Source of the DNA: an uncultured Verrucomicrobiae bacterium
Lineage (GTDB): Bacteria > Verrucomicrobiota > Verrucomicrobiia > Chthoniobacterales > JAFAMB01
Assembly: GCA_963762565.1 (NCBI GenBank)
Contig: CAVXLD010000004.1
Coordinates: forward strand, 113,774 to 177,773
DNA: 64,000 nt
Reading direction: 5' to 3'
Part shown: positions 37,443-47,424 of the stretch, piece by piece
How positions within the stretch are numbered: position 1 is the first letter of the stretch
Layout of the letters: each line of letters begins with the position of its first letter
Translations under genes and position numbers: made by a program
Notes under the pieces: model-generated
Database searches by the model: none
Seen by the model: the letters and a program-made list of their open reading frames with translations, nothing else
Told to the model about the DNA's origin: nothing

Positions 37443-37958
37443 ATGTCAAGAGTTCCCTCAACATCCGCTCACACCGTGGGCGTTGATTTTCTGCTAGCTC
37501 AGATCGGCGCGCACGCCGCCACCCTATTTGCCGAGAGGTTGAAGCCGCTTAAGCTCACTCCAGCACACGCCGGAATTCTTCGGATCATCAATGCTGAGAA
37601 CGGGATCAGTCAAAAGGGCGTCGCGAAACGTCTGGGCATGTACGAGAGCCGGCTGGTTTCGGTCTTGGATGAGATGCAGCGCATGAATCTGGTCGAGCGC
37701 AAAGCCAGCCCCAATGATCGACGCTTTTACGCACTGCATCTTACTGCGCGCGGGAAAAAGAAATTGCAGGCGATTGCCGAAGTCGCGCAGGATCACCGTG
37801 CCGCGCTATGCTCGGGATTAACAGAAAAGGAGACGGATACCCTCTGGGTATTGTTGGACAAAATTGCACAACAACAGCGTCTGACTCCCGGCGTCCATCC
37901 CGGCTACCGCGAGATTGGCAAGAAGAGTGTCGAGTCTGGCGAAACGCATAACTGTTAG
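37443..37958 (+). CDS. MarR family transcriptional regulator
   Basis: GISQ..VA.RLG, LVERK..PNDRRFYALHLTARG. Confidence 0.92.
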   Translation: MSRVPSTSAHTVGVDFLLAQIGAHAATLFAERLKPLKLTPAHAGILRIINAENGISQKGVAKRLGMYESRLVSVLDEMQRMNLVERKASPNDRRFYALHLTARGKKKLQAIAEVAQDHRAALCSGLTEKETDTLWVLLDKIAQQQRLTPGVHPGYREIGKKSVESGETHNC

Positions 37959-38177
37959 ACGCCGAGTAAACAAATAGCAGCGGATCTACATCGTCTCTTT
38001 GGAATGACGCGTTAGCAAAATCGCGACACGTTCAATTGTGCTCGCAAAACTTCTCTATGAGAACCGAGGGACGTCGCGATTCTCTTTGTAGCGTGGGAAA
38101 TATCGGGATCTCAACTAGCGGGAGCAATCGCGCGCGTAAATGTCCGAAACGCGCCCGCTCATTCGTTGTCCAGTTGC

Positions 38178-39014
38178 ATGAATCATCGACCGACGCGTAA
38201 ACCCGCAACTCAAATACCGCGACCAGAAAAACTGTTCTCGAGGGATGGCACTGCAATTGCTTTCGAGCGCGTCGGTGACGGACCGCCTGTGGTTTTGGTC
38301 GACGGCGCGCTCTGCTATCGAGGCTTAGGGCCGAGTAAGCCGCTCGCCGAACTGCTGGCGCAACACTTTACCGTCTTCACCTACGATCGTCGGGGGCGAG
38401 GCGACAGCGGTAATGCGGCGCCCTATGCGGTAGAGCGTGAGGTCGAAGACATTGAAGCCCTCGTCAACGAAGCGGGTGGCGCTGCGTTTATCTGGGGCAT
38501 TTCCTCCGGTGCAGTTCTTGCGCTCGAGGCGACAAATCGCCTCACTGGCATCAAGAAGGCCGCGCTGTACGAAGCGCCATTCATCGTGGACGACAGCCAT
38601 CCGGCAATGACGGACGATTGGGTCCGAATCAAAGAGGCGGTGGCGGCAAATCGCCGAAGTGACGCGGTCAAGTTCTTCTTGAAGGCGGTTGGTCTGCCAG
38701 GGTTCGTCATCGCACTAATGCGATTGATGCCCGTGTGGTCCAAGCTCAAAGCCGTTGCCCACACGCTCCCTTACGACGGCGCGATCGTGCAAGACAATCA
38801 GCGAGGAGAGCCGCTGCCGGCCAACAGGTGGACGTGCGTCACGGTACCAACGCTCGTCATGGACGGTGGGAAAAGCCCTGCGTGGATGCGCCACGCGAAT
38901 CGGTCGCTCGCGAACGTCTTGCCGAATGCGCGGCACCGTACGCTTGAGGGCCAGACGCACATGGTGAAGGCGGAGGCGCATGCTCCGACGTTGGTGGAGT
39001 TCTTCAACGGTTAG
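38178..39014 (+). CDS. Alpha/beta fold hydrolase
   Basis: SRDGT.IA, YDRRGRGDSG, GISSGA nucleophile elbow, GQTH; start uncertain. Confidence 0.88.
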   Translation: MNHRPTRKPATQIPRPEKLFSRDGTAIAFERVGDGPPVVLVDGALCYRGLGPSKPLAELLAQHFTVFTYDRRGRGDSGNAAPYAVEREVEDIEALVNEAGGAAFIWGISSGAVLALEATNRLTGIKKAALYEAPFIVDDSHPAMTDDWVRIKEAVAANRRSDAVKFFLKAVGLPGFVIALMRLMPVWSKLKAVAHTLPYDGAIVQDNQRGEPLPANRWTCVTVPTLVMDGGKSPAWMRHANRSLANVLPNARHRTLEGQTHMVKAEAHAPTLVEFFNG

Positions 39015-39254
39015 AACACACCGGGTCAGAGAATCGGACGGCACCTCACTATACCGATCGTCACAGTTCTTCGCGCAATTTCTGATTGGAAGCAGACAAT
39101 GGAGGAACAACGCCGTCAACGCCGAGATCGCCGGGAACGCCGGCTTGTCCGACGACGCTTCTGGAGTTTCAGACGACAGAGCGAAGTCGGAGAACGACCA
39201 GTCGCAAGTCACGCATCGTTTCTGCCTGCCTCCACCCCGGTTTCCCGAGTTGGG

Positions 39255-39812
39255 CTACTTCTCACGTTCACCCTGTAGCCAGGCAGTTTGATTCATCCGG
39301 TACAGCACATGAGGTCGAAGGCGATGCCCTTCCGGCAAACTCGGATGGTCAAAATCATCTTGCGGGGTGTGGGTCATGCCGAGGCGTTCCATGACTCTGC
39401 GGGATCTCAGGTTTCCGACAAAAGTGAAAGAAACGATCTGATCCAGCTTGAGCTCGTGAAAGCCGTAATCGAGAGCCAGGCGGGCAGCTTCAGTAGCATA
39501 ACCGAATCCCCAAAATTTCCGGGCTAACCTCCAGGCGATCTCGACGCACGGAGTAAAATGCGTTTCGTAGGACGGCACCGAAAGTCCGGTGAAGCCGATA
39601 AAGTCGGCCACCCCAAGGACTTCGACTGCCCAGAAACCAAAACCACGCCGCTCAATACCCTCCCGGATCCGTCCTGCGGACGCATCGCTTTCTTCTCGAC
39701 TAAGGCATTTGGGGAAGAACTCCATGACCTCAGGATCCGCATTGAGAGCAGCGAAAGCCGGAAAATCTTCCTCTCGCCAAGGACGTAGTCGGAGACGGGC
39801 GGAATTCAGCAT
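39255..39812 (-). CDS. GNAT (RimJ/RimL-like) N-acetyltransferase
   Basis: RLRLRPW, NADPEVMEFFP, VEIAWRL...FWG.GYATEAA, N.RSRRVMERLGM. Confidence 0.92.
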   Translation of the reverse strand: MLNSARLRLRPWREEDFPAFAALNADPEVMEFFPKCLSREESDASAGRIREGIERRGFGFWAVEVLGVADFIGFTGLSVPSYETHFTPCVEIAWRLARKFWGFGYATEAARLALDYGFHELKLDQIVSFTFVGNLRSRRVMERLGMTHTPQDDFDHPSLPEGHRLRPHVLYRMNQTAWLQGEREK

Positions 39813-39868
39813 AAGGGCGAAAGATAAATGACAAATGACAGATGGCAGATGACAAATTCAGATGGCCG

Positions 39869-40090
39869 ATGTCGCTGAGCAAGTCGTCGCCACCGATCCT
39901 TGTCCACAACTGCTCGATCACGGTCGCCAGCTCAATTTGCCGAATACACAATGGATACATGGTATCCCTCCGCCATCATGACGACGGCCGGCCGATTGAA
40001 GTTGTCGATACTTACCTTACAGAAGAATCGGTTAGTGAACTGTTAGCTGGAAAAGGCCGAGACCTGGAGATCATCCTAAAGCCATGGTGA
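39869..40090 (+). CDS. Small hypothetical protein
   Basis: 73-aa ORF between repeat tracts; no recognisable motif. Confidence 0.35.
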   Translation: MSLSKSSPPILVHNCSITVASSICRIHNGYMVSLRHHDDGRPIEVVDTYLTEESVSELLAGKGRDLEIILKPW

Positions 40091-40166
40091 TGGGTTAGTT
40101 ACCAAGTGGCGTAGCTGGAGGGGGCTGTAGATCCTTTAATCCCGAGAACCGAAATCAGAGGGTGTT

Positions 40167-40388
40167 AATATCCGCAGATTTCGCAGATTTCGGTTAGAGG
40201 CCTAATGAAGCGGATGAGGTCTGGCCAATGATTGTCTTCGGATTAAGCGCTGGGCCCAATTTTTGTCGCCGCAGATCACTGTTAGAATGTCTGGGCCATG
40301 AATCCGAAGGCGCATTTTTCGCTAGCTCTGCACCCGTGGATAGGCCTCTAACCGAAATCTGCGTAATCTGCGTAATCTGCGGATAATT
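40167..40388. repeat. Inverted (CGCAGATTW)n element
   Basis: Arms extend as ttcggttagaggccta / taggcctctaaccgaa. Confidence 0.85.
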
Positions 40389-40418
40389 CGAGTTCGGGAT
40401 GTAAGTCATATCTCGGCT

Positions 40419-40967
40419 TTACCGCAGCGCGCGGTCGACTGCTGCTATCGCGGTTGAGCGTAAAGCCTCATTACCGCCCTGCATCCGCTCTAATGCGTCT
40501 GCTGCTTCTCTCGTGTAGACTTCGCCAAAGTTCGGGCCGAGAACCGAAACACTTTCCAGGTTCGATACGAGGTCAGCGTATTTTATCGTCTTCGCTCGGT
40601 CGCTAATTTTGGATAAACGTTGCATTTCCTTTGCCTTCCGCTGGCGTCGATTCAAGCCCGGATAGTTGTGCTTGGTAAACCTGTCCGTGAGCTCCTGGAC
40701 AAGTTTGGCTACATCCGCGCCGAACACCATCCGGATATGATTTAGAGACACTGGCGTATCCTCGACCACGTCGTGAAGCCAAGCGGCTGCGACTTGGGCT
40801 TCGTCGCCACCGCCATTAGCGACCAGTTTGGCGACCTCAGCAAGATGCTTGGTGTAAGGCTCGTTTGATCCTTTCCGTCGCTGCCCCAGTTGGTCTTGGC
40901 TGTTCAAAACCAAACCGTGAGCCAGCTTGGCAAAGCGTCTGGCTTTTTGGACTAATGTTTTGGACAT
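40419..40967 (-). CDS. Stand-alone HD-domain hydrolase (Mesh1/small alarmone hydrolase-like)
   Basis: H...Q.RK...EPYTKHL..VA, AAWLHDVVEDT, FG..VA..V.ELTD, IKYAD..SN. Confidence 0.85.
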   Translation of the reverse strand: MSKTLVQKARRFAKLAHGLVLNSQDQLGQRRKGSNEPYTKHLAEVAKLVANGGGDEAQVAAAWLHDVVEDTPVSLNHIRMVFGADVAKLVQELTDRFTKHNYPGLNRRQRKAKEMQRLSKISDRAKTIKYADLVSNLESVSVLGPNFGEVYTREAADALERMQGGNEALRSTAIAAVDRALR

Positions 40968-41202
40968 TGCAATCGCGGCAGGTGTTGCTGATAAAGGCTA
41001 ACGGCGCAACCCGGTTTTCCGTGCGACGGAACGGCAGCGCCGCAAAAGCTTTTCGTAATATGTTACCAAAGGAACTTTCAGGTGTTCAGCGAGTGCCACG
41101 AATTCAGCATCGTAGCCCGCACATCCGGCCCGCGCCTTTAACGGTAATATGCATCTGACGGTTTTGCTATAGTTCTAAAATGGTGCCGTTTCCACGCGCG
41201 AA

Positions 41203-41415
41203 ATGAGTCAATCCGCGGACGCCGAGACCTTACGCTTCTACGATAACGAAGCTGAAGCGTATTGCCAAAGGACGGGCGCTCTTCCATCACTGGACGATCT
41301 ACGAAAGATTTTCCAGGGTGCGGCGAGTTGGACATCACTGGAGATCGAGCGCTCTTCTGGACGCGCCTACGACGACGCACCCGTGAGCTGGCTCAACTGT
41401 TTCGCAACGAAATGA
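41203..41415 (+). pseudogene. Probable internally deleted class I SAM methyltransferase remnant
   Basis: N-terminal TLRFYDNEAEAY joined directly to a C-terminal-like W...E....G.AYD...W; no GxGxG motif. Confidence 0.45.
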
Positions 41416-41418
41416 GTG

Positions 41419-41915
41419 CCGTGGAGCGCTGCCTCGCTTGCGGCCGAGGGACGAGGCCGTGGTGAACAGAGCGTGGCGCTTCGTTCTCGTTTTTGTCTTC
41501 GGATCCGGCCCGCATAAGCGACCCAAGACCTGGAGGGGAGCCGCTTTGCAACGTTGCAGTTCTATTGGATGCTAGCAGGCGGCTCCCGGGAGCTTCTCCA
41601 CGAGTCGTTTTGCCCAACGGTTCGGTGCTATGTCGCATCGCTTGACGGACACCCGATAGAGCTGCAACACCATGGATAATTCCCGGGAGCCGCCTGCTAC
41701 TAACCTGCAGAGCTGCCTAGCTACAAAGCGGCTCCCCTCCAGGCCCTGGGGATGCGATGCCGCGGGTTCATCAGGAGGGTGGGAACGAAGCGCCAGCCCC
41801 CTGTTCACCACGGCCTCGCAACCTGTCGCGCCGTAGGCTTGGCGAAGGCGGAAGCGAGGCAGCGCTCCACGGGTGGCGACCCCTTCGGCCTCGCAAGCGA
41901 GGCAACGCTCCACGG
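41419..41915. repeat. Nested REPIN cluster: family C arms enclosing a family B REPIN (41529-41743) and a 30-nt insert
   Basis: ccgtggagcgctgcctcgc ... gcgaggcagcgctccacgg; GGAGGGGAGCCGCTTT-N28-CAGGCGGCTCCCG inverted pair. Confidence 0.88.
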
Positions 41916-41980
41916 AAAGCGCCACTATCGAGCCATGCTACGATAGTGGCGCCCCCTAGTTTGCCCTAAACTAATTTGCC

Positions 41981-44944
41981 TTACTGCCTAATCATGGGAA
42001 CCCCCGTGCTAATCGACGGAGGCGCAGTCAGGCCCCACTTCGTGTTGGGGGTGGATTGGAGGCTCACACTCAACGAGCCGCCGGCTTGTATCTGACTCGC
42101 GGTTATCCAAGGATTTGTCTGCGAGATGCCACTAAGTTCCGCTGAACCGATATAAACGTCGGTATCGGACTCCTTGGCAGCTTGGAATATGAATTCTTTT
42201 CCTGGATATGGAGAGGTCAGGGTTAGCACCACTCGCGGGAATAACGGGCTGGTTAGCTCGAAATAAGGTAATGACGGATCGACTTGATAGATGCCCAGAG
42301 CACTGAGCACAAACCAAGCACTCATGGTTCCTAAATCATCATTGCCCGGGATACCGCCAGTGGTCGTGTTGTAAACTTGGGTCTGCAAGAGCCGCGTCAC
42401 GGCTTGCGTCTGCCAAGGTTCACCGCTGTAGATATATAAAAACGGAGCCTCGAGATCGGGCTCGTTATAGGCGTTGTAATACGCGCCTTCGAAGTTGAAT
42501 TGTAACGTTGGATCGTTGAAAAACGTGTCCAGGCGTTGGTTGAACGTACCGGCTCCGCCTTGGAGTTGGATCAGCGCAGCTTCATCCTGTGGGACTAACC
42601 ACAGATAATGCCAGGCGGATCCTTCAATGTATCCATCATAATAGTTTGCTTCGATCAAAGTCGGATCGAAATTTGCCCGCCAGCTTCCATCCGGATAACG
42701 CGGCTCAAGGAAGCCGGTGGACGGATTATAGATATTAGCCTCTTTGGTAGCCAGGCTCCGCAATTTCACTGCGTCGGCCGACTTGCCCAGAGAATCGGCA
42801 ACCGTGGCTAACGCGGCGTACGATTCCATGTCCTCTTCCATGGTGGACGGATCGGTAAGCCAACCGACCTTTTGGATCACTTCTGCGTCACCGCTCATCG
42901 CTTCCTGCCACATCCCTTTATAGGCAGTCCCGATATCGAAGTTATGCAGGCCCGCATTCCAGATCTCCGAGAGAATGATGGTCATCGGATAACCGGTCAT
43001 TACTCCGGTGGGGAAATTAGCGAATGGCCAACGATCCATGTACCCAAGCTGCTCGTACATCTCAACGATCGTCTCGGCCAGGTCCTCTGCCATTTTTGGT
43101 TCAACTAAGGTCAGAAGAGGAACTTCAGAGCGATAAATATCCCAACCCGAGATATTGGCATAAATAGCATTATGCCCCGATGGCACTGTGTGAACCTGTT
43201 GATCATAACCAAGATAGCGGCCATCAAAATCGCTCCAGGTTGTTGGACCTAACAGCGCATGATAGAGCGCCGTATAGAACACAGTATAATCAGCATCTAT
43301 GCCGTTGCTCGTTGCCTTGAGTTTGCTCAATTCCTGTTCCCAAGTGGCTTGGGCCGCAGCCGCGACCGTCGCGAAATCAAAGTTAGGAATTTCTTGAGTA
43401 ACATTGTTCTTGGCGCCATTTGCGTCGACGTAGGAAATTCCGATCCTCGCCTGGACCACAAGCGGTGAATTAGAGCTCTGCGGGAACGTAACGTAAGCGC
43501 CGACCTGGGTACTGGAATCAGATTGGGTCGCACTAGATGAGCCGGGTGTAACCGTGCTGTTTGTCCAGGTGCCATAAGCTTGGAAGGGCTGATCAAACTG
43601 CATACAAAAATAAACCTTTACGTTCCCTCCCCAATTTCCCGCGACTACATACCCGTCTATCTCGTTGTTTCCGGTGATTTGGACTTGCGCTGATTGGCTC
43701 GATTGGGTCGCCGTCTGGCTGATGGGGACCATTACATTTGCCATTTGTCCGGCAGGAAACGTGAACCTGGCCATCGCCGAATGCAGCGCGCTGGTAACCT
43801 CTACATTCGTAAGCCAATTCCGGAGAAACACTTGATAGTACCCGGGAGATGCCGATTCTCCGGCAGTAGAGAATGGAGAACTGATCTTGGTGGGATCGGT
43901 AAACGCACCCGTGGTGGCGGTGAACCAAACATCACCATAATCAGGGATCCCTGGACCGCTGAGCATGTTCAGCGCCAACGCCTGCAGAGTGGTCGGCGTA
44001 TTCTCATCGTAACCACCGATCTGGTTCACATCATCTATTGGAGTCGCCTGCACCATTCCGAATGGAACCACTGCTCCAGGGTAGGTATTTCCGCCGTTAC
44101 CGGTACCGATGAATGGATCGACCGACGCAGAAACCGGTACCTTGCCGATGGGCGGAGCACTTTCAGGGGTTTCATCCCAGGTCCACGCCACAATGTTCTG
44201 GATGGAGGTCAAGTCTCCACAGGCACCCGTGAAACCGGCGTAAGCGCTGGTTGCTCCGATGAAGGATTTCAAATTGACCTTATAGTCCTGTCGCGCCGAT
44301 TTTCCGATCGTGGTGTCGGTCTCGATCACGGTCAAAGTTTTGCCATCATAGTAGACATCCACGTTGACTTGATCACCCGCGATCATGTCGATCCCACTGT
44401 GATTGAAGTTCGATTCCCAGAAAGGAGAGACACTGCCGTCGGCAATAAAACTCGTTGTCGGGATCAGAGTTCCGTTTCCATAAATGTCGAACGCCACCGC
44501 CGCACTGTGACCGATATCAGCGAACCCGAGGTTGCTTCCCTGGCCCGGCGCGCCAAGCGCCGTGGTAGCATCGTTCTGCAAACAGAAAGTAAATCCGTCT
44601 GCGGTCGCGTTGCTCAATTGTATAGTGAAGTGAGTTGAGAATTTACTGGTACTGACCTTTTGAGTGTAAAAGGCGCTTCCATTTTCGTTCGGCGATCCGT
44701 TTACCAACTGGATGGCGCCGTTAACTATCTGGGCGCTACCGTTGACTTGAGAATCCGATATCGGCGAGATCGTTCCGCCGGCGACCAACGGCGACGCGCT
44801 AAGCATCAAACCGGCCGTTGCTAAAGCGAGGGAGCGAGTGGTTTTGCCGAGGCTTGCTGCAGCAAGATGCGCCGTCGTGATTTGCGACGGTCGTAGACGT
44901 AGCCTTTGTTCAAGACGTCCGTGTGATGGGGCTTTGTTTTTCAT
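41981..44944 (-). CDS. Secreted GH92 alpha-mannosidase with an N-terminal L-type lectin-like domain
   Basis: Lectin ADGFTF.LQ, AVAFD.Y, AYAGFTGACG; GH92 VDPFIGTG, PGAVVPFGMVQ, FYTALYH, WDIYR, EGSAWHY, NEP, PGNDDLGTMSAW. Confidence 0.9.
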   Translation of the reverse strand: MKNKAPSHGRLEQRLRLRPSQITTAHLAAASLGKTTRSLALATAGLMLSASPLVAGGTISPISDSQVNGSAQIVNGAIQLVNGSPNENGSAFYTQKVSTSKFSTHFTIQLSNATADGFTFCLQNDATTALGAPGQGSNLGFADIGHSAAVAFDIYGNGTLIPTTSFIADGSVSPFWESNFNHSGIDMIAGDQVNVDVYYDGKTLTVIETDTTIGKSARQDYKVNLKSFIGATSAYAGFTGACGDLTSIQNIVAWTWDETPESAPPIGKVPVSASVDPFIGTGNGGNTYPGAVVPFGMVQATPIDDVNQIGGYDENTPTTLQALALNMLSGPGIPDYGDVWFTATTGAFTDPTKISSPFSTAGESASPGYYQVFLRNWLTNVEVTSALHSAMARFTFPAGQMANVMVPISQTATQSSQSAQVQITGNNEIDGYVVAGNWGGNVKVYFCMQFDQPFQAYGTWTNSTVTPGSSSATQSDSSTQVGAYVTFPQSSNSPLVVQARIGISYVDANGAKNNVTQEIPNFDFATVAAAAQATWEQELSKLKATSNGIDADYTVFYTALYHALLGPTTWSDFDGRYLGYDQQVHTVPSGHNAIYANISGWDIYRSEVPLLTLVEPKMAEDLAETIVEMYEQLGYMDRWPFANFPTGVMTGYPMTIILSEIWNAGLHNFDIGTAYKGMWQEAMSGDAEVIQKVGWLTDPSTMEEDMESYAALATVADSLGKSADAVKLRSLATKEANIYNPSTGFLEPRYPDGSWRANFDPTLIEANYYDGYIEGSAWHYLWLVPQDEAALIQLQGGAGTFNQRLDTFFNDPTLQFNFEGAYYNAYNEPDLEAPFLYIYSGEPWQTQAVTRLLQTQVYNTTTGGIPGNDDLGTMSAWFVLSALGIYQVDPSLPYFELTSPLFPRVVLTLTSPYPGKEFIFQAAKESDTDVYIGSAELSGISQTNPWITASQIQAGGSLSVSLQSTPNTKWGLTAPPSISTGVPMIRQ

Positions 44945-45314
44945 TGCGGTTTAAGCAAAGAAAGGAGGGCTTCGGGATGAGGCCTTCCTTGGGTTTATAA
45001 GAGCTCAACAACTCTGCGTTGAGCTAGGAGGAGGAAAGATAAATGGCGTCCGCCGCGCGACCGTGGACTTGGAGGTACTTCCCGCGAGAATCCTGGGGGA
45101 GACATATGAACGCATTTTCAATCGATCCATGGTTGAAAAAGAGTTGGTGCACCGAACACGCCGGGAGAAGTGGCGCTGTTAACGCACTCTCTGGACGGCA
45201 TCCTTGCTGGCGATTCAACCGGCCATCAGGCCGAGAGGACACTGGCTCCTGCTCTCAGATCTAATAGGGTCTGGGGGGTAAACGTCAGAAAGGAGTTTCG
45301 GAAGCGAGCCGTTA

Positions 45315-45335
45315 TTATTCCATTCAATCGAATAA
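45315..45335. promoter_or_regulatory. ROK-family operator-like palindrome TTATTC-N9-GAATAA
   Basis: Perfect 6-bp IR with 9-nt spacer, resembling NagC/Mlc-type TT-N9-AA boxes, between divergent GH92 and ROK genes. Confidence 0.6.
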
Positions 45336-45448
45336 GACAAGGCAAAAACTCACCAAATATGCAGAATTCATTGGTTTATTTGCCTAATTTCCGATGTACT
45401 ATCCTGACGATTCATTCCACTTAATGGAATCTCGTCGGCCGGTTCTTT

Positions 45449-46663
45449 ATGATCCCTTCTGGTACCAACCTTCTCAAGGTCAAAGACTACAATCTCGCAG
45501 TCGTTCTCAATCTGATTCGAAAATGCAAACCGATTTCGCGCCGCGACATTTCTGACCGGACCGGTCTCAGCTTCCAAACCGTTACCAATATCACCGGTAA
45601 TCTGCTCGATTCCGGTCTCATCCGAGAAGGCGCCGAACCGCTAGGAGATGGTGTTCGGCAATCGCGCTCACTTGAAATCAATCCGAATGCTGCCTATGCC
45701 GTCGGGATTCATATTGACCGGGCCAAGCTCACGATCGTTCTCACGAATTTCGATGCCCAGGTTCTCTGGCGCAGCCGAACTCCAATGACCGCCGATTTGA
45801 ATGCGCAGGCGGCCATGGCTGTGATTCAACAGGCCATTAACGAGGCGTTATCAAATACAGGAATTACCAGAGAATCAGTGCTTGGCGCAGGCCTCGCAGT
45901 ACCGGGGCCGTTGGACATCGAAGCCGGTTGTCTACTGGCGGTTCCCAACCTGAGAGACTGGGTCAACCATCCAATCCGCTCTGAGCTCGAAGAGCTATTG
46001 CGATTTCCCGTGGTATTGGATGAAGACGTAACCGCCATCATCCTCGGAGAACAATGGTGCCGGCACGGAGATAATTACCTTAATGTGTTGTATCTCTATG
46101 TCGGGATCGGGATCGGCCTGGGTATTTTGGTTGACGGTCACCCGGTGCGAGGCTGGAGAGGCAACATCGGTCAGATCGGGCATATCGTCATTGACCCAAA
46201 TGGGCCGCGGTGTCATTGCGGAAAACGTGGATGCTTGGAGGTGTATTGCACAGGCGAGGCGATATTGCGGGAGGCACGGATTGCGGCGCTCAATCGTGAT
46301 CACCTCATCGACAGAGAGGCTCCAATTCTCCCGATCAGCATTGAAGAAGTCGCGACCAGCAATGCCCCGATCTTCCGGGATGTAGTCCGATCTGCAGCCA
46401 AACGTTTAGGAAGCGTCCTCGGACAGGCAATCGCGATTCTGGATCCCGAGCTAATTTTGTTAGGAGGCGAGACCCTGGAGTTATTGGGAAACGATTTTGT
46501 GGAGCGACTCATCGAGGAAATTCCGAATTCAGCCATGCCAAGTAAACCGCTGCCCACAATCAAACGGTCAGCACTGGGAGCTGATGCCGGAGCAATCGGA
46601 GCCGCGGCTTTGGTTTTACACGAGGCTTACGCGCCTCGTATTCAGTTGCTTAATCTGACTTAG
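45449..46663 (+). CDS. ROK family transcriptional regulator
   Basis: N-terminal HTH (PISRRDIS..TGLS..TV), GLAVPGP, GIGLGI, GQIGH, C.CGKRGCLE. Confidence 0.93.
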   Translation: MIPSGTNLLKVKDYNLAVVLNLIRKCKPISRRDISDRTGLSFQTVTNITGNLLDSGLIREGAEPLGDGVRQSRSLEINPNAAYAVGIHIDRAKLTIVLTNFDAQVLWRSRTPMTADLNAQAAMAVIQQAINEALSNTGITRESVLGAGLAVPGPLDIEAGCLLAVPNLRDWVNHPIRSELEELLRFPVVLDEDVTAIILGEQWCRHGDNYLNVLYLYVGIGIGLGILVDGHPVRGWRGNIGQIGHIVIDPNGPRCHCGKRGCLEVYCTGEAILREARIAALNRDHLIDREAPILPISIEEVATSNAPIFRDVVRSAAKRLGSVLGQAIAILDPELILLGGETLELLGNDFVERLIEEIPNSAMPSKPLPTIKRSALGADAGAIGAAALVLHEAYAPRIQLLNLT

Positions 46664-46792
46664 GGAGGGATCGCTGCCTGTCCGACATAGCCTATTCTTC
46701 TGCGCTTCTTTTATCCCAGTGTTGGCGACGTCGGATCCCCGCGATCATTTCTTCTCGAAGCACTGGGAGGGCACACGTCCTCGCGCGCCGCG

Positions 46793-47300
46793 AACAGGTC
46801 TGCACAAAATCCAAGCCGTCTTTGAACTGCGTTCTCAACGCTGGCTTCATTTCCAACTCGGTGCCCTGACCGACAACGATCAGAAGGCCTCGAGCTTGAT
46901 TTTAAGTTTGCTCCAACCCGGAGACTTGGTCATTCGCGACCTGGGCTACGCCGTCTTTAAAGTTTGGCGCCAGATCATCCAGGCCGGGGCCTATTTCTTG
47001 AGTCGCTGCCGCAGCGATTTTGTTTTCTTTGTTCCCAAAACTCAAAAGCCGGTCGAGCTTTTGGCTTTAGTGCAAAACCATTATCAACTCAGTGCCCAGC
47101 TGCTGCTCGGCGCCCAAGAGCGACTCCCGGTGCGTTTGGTGGCTTTGCGCTTGCCCCCAGCCTTAGCCGCTCAGCGTCGGCGGCGCGCTCGGGTCAACGC
47201 CAAAAAAGATCGCTCCCTAAAGCTCACCAAACGCTATCTCAAACTTTTAGGTTGGACCATCCTATTGACCAACGTCACCGCTGAACAACTCAGTGCCTAG
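46793..47300 (+). pseudogene. IS4-family transposase internal fragment
   Basis: PGDLVIRDLGY, GAYFLSR, RLVA.RLP...A.QRRR.A, LGWTILLTN; lacks the N-terminus and the Y..RW..E motif; ends in TAG. Confidence 0.8.
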
Positions 47301-47424
47301 CAACTCTGGGAATTCTTGGATCTAGATTAGACACTCGATCTGGTCTGTGCGGCGCTACGTGAACCATCCGGCAGCTGCCGGACGAGGACGCGATCCCTCC
47401 CAAGGTCGGCGGCTGCCAACCCAA

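Noticed and set aside
43694..44638. 314-aa + strand ORF (also 8305-8982 and 58206-58844)
   Set aside because: Antisense shadows of well-supported genes (GH92, cysI, DPP-IV) with no motifs
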